NCBI GenBank assembly: GCA_036554965.1
Contig: DATBMG010000032.1
Coordinates: forward strand, 1 to 63,198
DNA: 63,198 bases
Reading direction: 5' to 3'
Origin: Burkholderiales bacterium
Lineage (GTDB): Bacteria > Pseudomonadota > Gammaproteobacteria > Burkholderiales > SHXO01
The notes beneath the pieces are model-generated. The model did not search any database and was not told the DNA's origin. It saw only the letters and a program-made list of their open reading frames with translations. Shown piece after piece: positions 57,567 to 63,198 of this stretch. Position 1 is the first letter of the stretch; each line of letters begins with the position of its first letter. Made by a program: the position numbers and the translations under genes.

Positions 57567-59464
57567 GCGAGCGCCGCGCCGCGTCCCGCCTCGCGCGAGG
57601 GCTGCGGCCGATTCTCCGTGGAGTCCAGCAGCATGAGGATCGCCCAAAGCAAGGGATGCACGTCACGTCGCCCCGACAGATGCAGCGCGAGCAGCCGCTG
57701 CACTTCGACGCGCGAGATCGGCAACGCCGCGAATGCGCCGGCATCCCGGATGCGTTCCTGAGCCCACGCACGCAGCGGCCCACGCAGCCACCGGTCGATC
57801 GGCACTCCGAAACCGCGCTTCGGTCGATCGACTAGCGACGCCGGCACGTAGCGATGCAGCAATCGACGCAGCAGGTACTTGTTCTCCCCGAACCGCAGCT
57901 TCCACCGCAGCGGCAAACGCATCGCCCATTCGACCAGCTCCTGGTCCAGGAGCGGGTCTCGCGCCTCGAGCGAGAAAGCCATGCTCGCGACGTCGACCTT
58001 TTGCAGGTAATCGTCTGGCAAAGTGTACAGAGCATCCAGCCGCATCGCCGTCTGCGCGCCGGTTGCTCCTCTTGCGAACGTCGCGCACGCTTCGGCGAAC
58101 AGCTCCTTCACGCTCTTGGTGCGACCGGCGCTATCCGGCAGCAGAACCGCCGGAAAGTCCTTGGCGATGCTGCGTGCGAAAGCGAACGCTGCGCCGGCGT
58201 CCGGCTCCCGCAGCGCGCGCGCCAGGAGTTTCGCCTTGTGCTGCGGCAAAAAACCCGTCAGCACAGCGAGTGCGCTTCGCAGCCAAACGGGCGCCCGAAA
58301 CACCGGCCCCAGGCCGTGCATGATCGAGTAGTAGTGGTACCCGCCGAACAACTCGTCGCCGCCATCGCCGCTGAGCGAGACCTTCACGTGTCGCCGCGCG
58401 AGGCGCGATACCGCCATCGTCGGAAACGCGGAGCTGTCGAAGAACGGCTCGTCGTACTCCTCGCGAAATAGCGGAAGCAGTGACAGCAGGTCGTCCACGC
58501 CCAGGTATTCGGCCTCGTGCTCCGTGCCCAGCGCCCGCGCAACGGCGGCCGCCTCACGGCTCTCGTCGTACTCGGGTTCGCGGAAGCCGATGGTGAACGA
58601 GCGCACCGGCCCGTTGGCATGCTTGCGCATCAGCGCTGCTACCAGCGAGCTGTCGATGCCCCCGGACAGGAAGACGCCTACCGGTACATCGCTCACCATG
58701 CGCAGGCGCACCGAGCGCGAGACAATCCCTTCCAGCTCGTCGAGGAGGTCCTCTTCGGAGCGCCGGTTCCACGCCGGCTCGGGTTCGATCGCACGGAAGT
58801 CCCAGTAACGTGCCACGCTGAGGCCGCGTTCGTCGAATGTGAGCCAATGCGCAGGAGGGAGCTTGCGCACACTGCGATGAATCGAATGCGGCGCCGGGAA
58901 GTAGCCGATCTCCAGGTAATAGCGCAGCCCCTGTTCGTCGATCTCCCGGGACAGCTCGGGCACGAGCGCGAACAGCGCGCGCGGCCGCGAGGCGAACGCG
59001 AAACGACGGCCGTCGCGATGATAATAGAACGGCTTCACGCCCATGCGGTCGCGGGCAGCGAACAGTCGGCGTTCGGCGCTGTCCCAGATCGCGAAGGCGA
59101 ACATGCCGTGGAAACGCTTCACGCACTCGACACCCCAGCGCGCGTACGCCGCGAGCACGACCTCGGTGTCGGACCGGCTGCGCCAGCCGGGTACGTGCGG
59201 CTCGAGCTCGGCGCGCAGTTCCATGAAGTTGTAGATCTCGCCGTTGAACACGATCGCGTACCGGGCGTCCGCCGAGTGCATCGGCTGATGACCGGCCGCA
59301 CTGAGATCGAGTATCGACAACCGGCGATGACCGAACGCGGCTGCGCCCTCCGCCCATTCACCACGATCGTCCGGGCCACGGCGTGCCAGCAGCTCGGCGG
59401 CGCGGCGAACCAGCGCGGCATCCGGGGGGCACTGGGGATCGACGATGCCGACGATGCCGCACAT
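57563..59464 (-). CDS. Asparagine synthase (glutamine-hydrolysing) family amidotransferase (WbpS-like)
   Basis: 633 aa with MCGIVG (N-terminal nucleophile Cys2) and SGGIDSS (PP-loop). Confidence 0.88.
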   Translation of the reverse strand: MCGIVGIVDPQCPPDAALVRRAAELLARRGPDDRGEWAEGAAAFGHRRLSILDLSAAGHQPMHSADARYAIVFNGEIYNFMELRAELEPHVPGWRSRSDTEVVLAAYARWGVECVKRFHGMFAFAIWDSAERRLFAARDRMGVKPFYYHRDGRRFAFASRPRALFALVPELSREIDEQGLRYYLEIGYFPAPHSIHRSVRKLPPAHWLTFDERGLSVARYWDFRAIEPEPAWNRRSEEDLLDELEGIVSRSVRLRMVSDVPVGVFLSGGIDSSLVAALMRKHANGPVRSFTIGFREPEYDESREAAAVARALGTEHEAEYLGVDDLLSLLPLFREEYDEPFFDSSAFPTMAVSRLARRHVKVSLSGDGGDELFGGYHYYSIMHGLGPVFRAPVWLRSALAVLTGFLPQHKAKLLARALREPDAGAAFAFARSIAKDFPAVLLPDSAGRTKSVKELFAEACATFARGATGAQTAMRLDALYTLPDDYLQKVDVASMAFSLEARDPLLDQELVEWAMRLPLRWKLRFGENKYLLRRLLHRYVPASLVDRPKRGFGVPIDRWLRGPLRAWAQERIRDAGAFAALPISRVEVQRLLALHLSGRRDVHPLLWAILMLLDSTENRPQPSREAGRGAALA

Positions 59465-59470
59465 CGCCGA

Positions 59471-60475
59471 TCACGCCGACACGGGACGCCGGCCGCGGCC
59501 GACGATGCCGTTGGCGCCCGGCTCGACCTCAACGTCGACCAATCCGGCGTCCTCGCACCAGCGACGCAGGGTGCGCGCTGTTTGCGGATGGTCATGCGCC
59601 GGTGAGTACATGTCGAAGGTGTCGAGGATCGCCCATTGACGATTGAGCTCGGGGGACAGACCGAGATTCGAGTACTCGGCGATCGGCAGCAGCCGCACAG
59701 CGGCGCGGCCGGCCAAGCGCCGCAGCCGTGCCGCGAGCGGCAGCAGCAGGTCGACGCCCCGTTCCACCAGCGCGTGCAGCATCTGCTTGTCCATGCGGCG
59801 CGTGATCGGCCGCAACAAGTACTTCCACGACACCAGTGCCGTCAGTCGCTTGGCATAGAGATCGACCACCAGCTCGCCTCCCGGCGCAACGTGGCTGGCG
59901 AGACTCCCGAACGCGGCCTCCGGATCGGGTGTGTGCTGCAGAACTCCCAGGCAGAGCACTTTGTCGAAGGCCTGCTTGCACAGGGGGATATTGAAGATAT
60001 CGGCCTGGAACAGGTGCAGGTTCGGTGCGTGGCAGTTGTTCTGCAGATTGGCGTCCACAGCGCTGGAATAGTCGAAGGAATAGATCTCCGCGCCCGTCGC
60101 GACTAGCACTTCGGTGAAGCGGCCCGCGCCTGAACCTGCCTCGAGCACGCGCTGGCCGCGAAGATCGTCGGGCCAGCGCGTTGTAGCGCGCAAGCGGTCA
60201 CGGGTGATAGGCAATCCGGTATGGCTGTCGAGCTGCGTGCGACGATGGCGATTCCACTGCATTCCGAAGGAAGCGGCGTAGTTGTCGGCCGGGACGAAGC
60301 GGGGAACGCCAGTGCGTATGGGGAAATGGCCGCCACACCGGGCGCAGCACAGAGCATCGTCCGTGAGCTCGTCGGAACGACTGCCTGATGCCGGTTGGTT
60401 GACGGCAAGCGGCCCACTTCGGCATTTCGGGCACTCGAAGAGCGCCAGTACTTCCGGTTTCATTCGGATTGCCAC
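59471..60475 (-). CDS. Class I SAM-dependent methyltransferase with an N-terminal Trm112-like zinc ribbon
   Basis: 334 aa with CPKC...CARCG...FPIRTGVPRF, then VLEAGSGAGRF. Confidence 0.8.
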   Translation of the reverse strand: MAIRMKPEVLALFECPKCRSGPLAVNQPASGSRSDELTDDALCCARCGGHFPIRTGVPRFVPADNYAASFGMQWNRHRRTQLDSHTGLPITRDRLRATTRWPDDLRGQRVLEAGSGAGRFTEVLVATGAEIYSFDYSSAVDANLQNNCHAPNLHLFQADIFNIPLCKQAFDKVLCLGVLQHTPDPEAAFGSLASHVAPGGELVVDLYAKRLTALVSWKYLLRPITRRMDKQMLHALVERGVDLLLPLAARLRRLAGRAAVRLLPIAEYSNLGLSPELNRQWAILDTFDMYSPAHDHPQTARTLRRWCEDAGLVDVEVEPGANGIVGRGRRPVSA

Positions 60476-60569
60476 GTTCTACCGCCCATTATAGGTACAA
60501 CGAACGAGATAGTGTCATGCGTTCTGCTGCGGCCACGTGGTTAGCGAAGCCAACTCAATTATGCCCGCA

Positions 60570-61712
60570 CTAGCTCGTTCCTCCTCCAACAATCAGTCTC
60601 CGGTAGATCGAATCGTAGGCGTCGGCCGCCGCCGCAATGGTGAGGCCCCGAAGACCATCCGCCGCACGCGCGGCACGCTCGCGGGCCCGCGACGGCTCCG
60701 CCAGCAACGTTACGATCGCTTGGGCCAGAGCTCCGGCATCGTCACGCGGAACCATAAGCGCTGATCTCTCATCGAGAAACTCCCGGTGCTCCGGAATGTC
60801 GCTCACAATGAGAGGGCAAGCTGCAGCCATGGTCTCGAGCACGACGTTTGGATGCCCCTCGAATCGGCTCATGCTGATAAGCCCGGAAGCCTGCCTCAGC
60901 AGACCCCACCACTCCTGCAGGTAAGGCAGCAGGTGAACACGGCCATCAAGCCCAGACCGCTTGATCTCAGCGTCGAGGCGCGCGCGCAATGGGCCTTCCC
61001 CGAAAACCAGCACGCGAAAATCCCGGCGGCTCGCCAGCGAAGTCGCCTCGATCACGACCTCCACGGCCTTCTGGTGATCCAGCCGACCCACCACGAGCAG
61101 TGTCTTCTCCCCGACCGAACAAAGCGACCGATCCGCGGCTGGCGCGTTGCGGATCGATTCGGCATCGACCGCATTCCGGATGGTGGCAACGCTCGCGTAC
61201 CCCCCAGCCAGCCGGTGCCAGTAGTCCGCCCCAGCGGCAGAATTCGCGACGAACGCGTTTGCACGACGCCCGATGAATTCTCGTATCCAGGTGGTGGGCT
61301 TTCGCCTGTCGAACGCGAGCTTGGATGCCCGCTCGGAGAGTATCCAAGGCACGCGACGCCAGAGCGCCACCAGCCCTCCCGCAATATCCATCTGCGGTAG
61401 CCAGGTCTGGATCACGTCTGGTTTCGTGCTCCGCACGATTGAGTCTATGCGTCGCACGAGCGCCGGGCTTAGGCCTCTCAGATCGCCGAGCTCGTGCACT
61501 TCGACGCTGGTCGTACGGAGGCGCGTTTCGTGAACGCCGCCGCGCCGCCGTGCGACGTGCACACGGTGCCCGCGCGCCGCCTGTTCCGCGGCCAGCATCG
61601 CAAGCTGCCGTTCGGCGCCGCCACCCCCGAGCGATGGGATCAGATGGAGAACCGTGATCAACAAAGTGATTCCGCGGGAGTGGGCAGTATGGGTCTCCTG
61701 CCCAGCAGCCAT
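60570..61712 (-). CDS. GT4 family glycosyltransferase
   Basis: About 380 aa with HLIPSLGGGGAERQL and MSRFEGHPNVVLETMAAACPLIVSD. Start chosen at the ATGA overlap with the upstream gene. Confidence 0.8.
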   Translation of the reverse strand: MAAGQETHTAHSRGITLLITVLHLIPSLGGGGAERQLAMLAAEQAARGHRVHVARRRGGVHETRLRTTSVEVHELGDLRGLSPALVRRIDSIVRSTKPDVIQTWLPQMDIAGGLVALWRRVPWILSERASKLAFDRRKPTTWIREFIGRRANAFVANSAAGADYWHRLAGGYASVATIRNAVDAESIRNAPAADRSLCSVGEKTLLVVGRLDHQKAVEVVIEATSLASRRDFRVLVFGEGPLRARLDAEIKRSGLDGRVHLLPYLQEWWGLLRQASGLISMSRFEGHPNVVLETMAAACPLIVSDIPEHREFLDERSALMVPRDDAGALAQAIVTLLAEPSRARERAARAADGLRGLTIAAAADAYDSIYRRLIVGGGTS

Positions 61713-62854
61713 CAGCTGCCGTAGAGCAATTTCTTGGCGAGGCTGCGCATGCGCCGCCGCAGCCGCTCGATCCCTAGCCAAACTTCAAGACCGATTCGCT
61801 GGCGCACGCGCTCGAAGGGTGATGGCAGACGGCGCAGCTCAGCAACCGCGGCTGCCTTCCGGCTTGCCGTTGCCAACCCGGGCTGCAGCTCGTGCACGGT
61901 ATCGATGAGACGCTGGAAACAGGCCACTTCGTTGTAGTCTCGTAGCGCCCGCTTCCACCCCGCCGCGGCAATCCGCCTGCGCTCTTCCTCGTGATGCAGG
62001 TAATAGCGCGTGAGTTCGACTGCTTCGTCAATGGTGTCGTAGCCAACGACCTCCCTGCCGAGATCGAAGATCCGGCCCAGATGGCGCTTGTTGTCGCAGA
62101 TCTGCATGACACCGTTGGCCGGCAGATAGAAGGTGCGGAAATTGACGGGGCCGGTGCTGTTGTGGATGTTGATGCCAACTCGGGTGTTCTGCAGCAGGGC
62201 CACCCTGCTTGCCTCGGGCAAGAAACCGGCCGGCCATCCCTGGCCGTAGTACGCGCCGTCGGGGAACGCGCGCGCGAACTCGTCCACACGCCCCTTGCGA
62301 AATCTCGTCACCCGCTCGCAGAGCAGTGCCACGCCCACGTCCCGCCGACCTTCCAGAATCTCCTGCTCTGTCAGTGCGGGTCGGTAGTCGTCGGCGCGAA
62401 ATCCGAGCGGCCACCACCGCACCTGGCGCACACCCCAACTCCGGTACGCATCGAGTTCGGCGATGTTGCCCACCATCGCCACGTCGAAGGCACTCGCCAC
62501 CGGGCGCGACAGATTGTGCGACGACTCCGGGTCGTCGAAGCATGCGTACACGCAAAAGCGCTTCAGGAAGGGCAACACCTGTGGATGCACATTGGAGCCG
62601 TTGAAGCAGACGAACACGTCATAGTCGGCCAGCGTGTCCGCCAGCCTCTCGTACATGCCGCGCAATCTCGGATCACGATAGCGCCAAAGGGCGTCCAGAT
62701 CTCTGAAGTGCGTGACCGGCCGCTGTGGATCGAACACGAGGGAGAACGGATGCACGTCGAATCCGGCGGCCCGCAGCCGCGCCAGCCAGTCGCCAATCCA
62801 CGCGGCACCGAACGCCGGACGCTCGGGAAACGAATGGCCAAGGAGGATCCTCAT
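61712..62854 (-). CDS. CgeB-like / DUF3880-type putative glycosyltransferase
   Basis: 380 aa. The C-terminal region (NIHNSTGPVNFRTFYLPANGVMQICD...Y...EE...IAAAGWKRALRDY) resembles the CgeB/Glyco_trans_1_2 family. Confidence 0.55.
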   Translation of the reverse strand: MRILLGHSFPERPAFGAAWIGDWLARLRAAGFDVHPFSLVFDPQRPVTHFRDLDALWRYRDPRLRGMYERLADTLADYDVFVCFNGSNVHPQVLPFLKRFCVYACFDDPESSHNLSRPVASAFDVAMVGNIAELDAYRSWGVRQVRWWPLGFRADDYRPALTEQEILEGRRDVGVALLCERVTRFRKGRVDEFARAFPDGAYYGQGWPAGFLPEASRVALLQNTRVGINIHNSTGPVNFRTFYLPANGVMQICDNKRHLGRIFDLGREVVGYDTIDEAVELTRYYLHHEEERRRIAAAGWKRALRDYNEVACFQRLIDTVHELQPGLATASRKAAAVAELRRLPSPFERVRQRIGLEVWLGIERLRRRMRSLAKKLLYGS

Positions 62855-62857
62855 GAG

Positions 62858-63198
62858 CTAGCGCTGCTTCGTGAACACCGCTTCCACGAATAGCCCTTGC
62901 CCCAGCAAGGAGGCACCGAACCATAGCAGCCGCTTCAACTGTCCGCGCATTCCCGTAGCCGGGTAGCGCGACCACGCAAACACGCGCAGATGCCGGCTCA
63001 CGAACCCGTGATCGCCGAACACCCTGCGTAATGTCGCAGGGTCATAGAAGACGGGATGATGAATGGAAAACACGTCGAACGCCTTGCGCGCGCCCGTGAG
63101 CCGGAATTTCACCCGTTCCGGCATGTTGAACTGGAACGGCACTTCGACGTACACGGCCCCGTCTGGTGCCAGCAGCGCATCGATGCGCTCCAATGCCT
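62858..63198 (-). CDS. C-terminal part of a class I SAM-dependent methyltransferase; 5' part lies outside the window
   Basis: LAPDGAVYVEVP...F...HHPVFYDPATLRRVFGDHGF, typical of Methyltransf_11/23 C-termini. The ORF runs off the window edge. Confidence 0.6.
   Translation of the reverse strand, partial: ALERIDALLAPDGAVYVEVPFQFNMPERVKFRLTGARKAFDVFSIHHPVFYDPATLRRVFGDHGFVSRHLRVFAWSRYPATGMRGQLKRLLWFGASLLGQGLFVEAVFTKQR

Overview
High-GC (about 68-70%) proteobacterial chromosome segment; the synteny looks beta- or gammaproteobacterial, and no finer assignment is possible from sequence alone. No rRNA, tRNA, CRISPR or transposase genes were recognised. Four blocks. (1) 0-16 kb is a respiratory and copper module: the tail of an rpoH-like gene, SCO1, ctaB, then two heme-copper oxidase clusters placed back to back. 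These are a coxMNOPQ-like set with a diheme-c subunit II, and the canonical ctaC-ctaD-(small)-ctaG-DUF2970-ctaE-DUF2909-SURF1 set. The canonical ctaD carries an in-frame TAG at a conserved Ala. (2) 16-30 kb is housekeeping: bioC, comF, trmL, gpsA, secB, trxC, grxC, rhodanese, a PglL/Wzy_C-type ligase, gpmA, envC, ctpA, moeB, slmA, argB. (3) 30-41 kb holds a sigma32-driven hsp20 and a 1239-aa AsmA-like protein. It also holds the most system-like element in the window: a Cys-rich secreted precursor followed by an MNIO (DUF692) enzyme and a DUF2063 partner, that is a bufferin-type RiPP metallophore cassette. This cassette is convergent with a PCu(A)C copper chaperone. Next comes a PBP5-like DD-carboxypeptidase in which all three catalytic motifs are lost, then dat-ybeD-lipB-lipA. 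(4) 41-63 kb is a mosaic O-antigen/polysaccharide locus with a clear GC drop (about 47-48% in two hand-counted lines of the wzy-like gene). It contains a decayed wbpL remnant, a UDP-L-RhaNAc/L-QuiNAc-type module, a GlmU paralog with a degenerate uridylyltransferase domain, an oxidoreductase-cupin fusion, a C-methyltransferase, a PIG-L deacetylase, an 803-aa Wzy-like protein, an AsnB-like amidotransferase, and several glycosyltransferases and methyltransferases.
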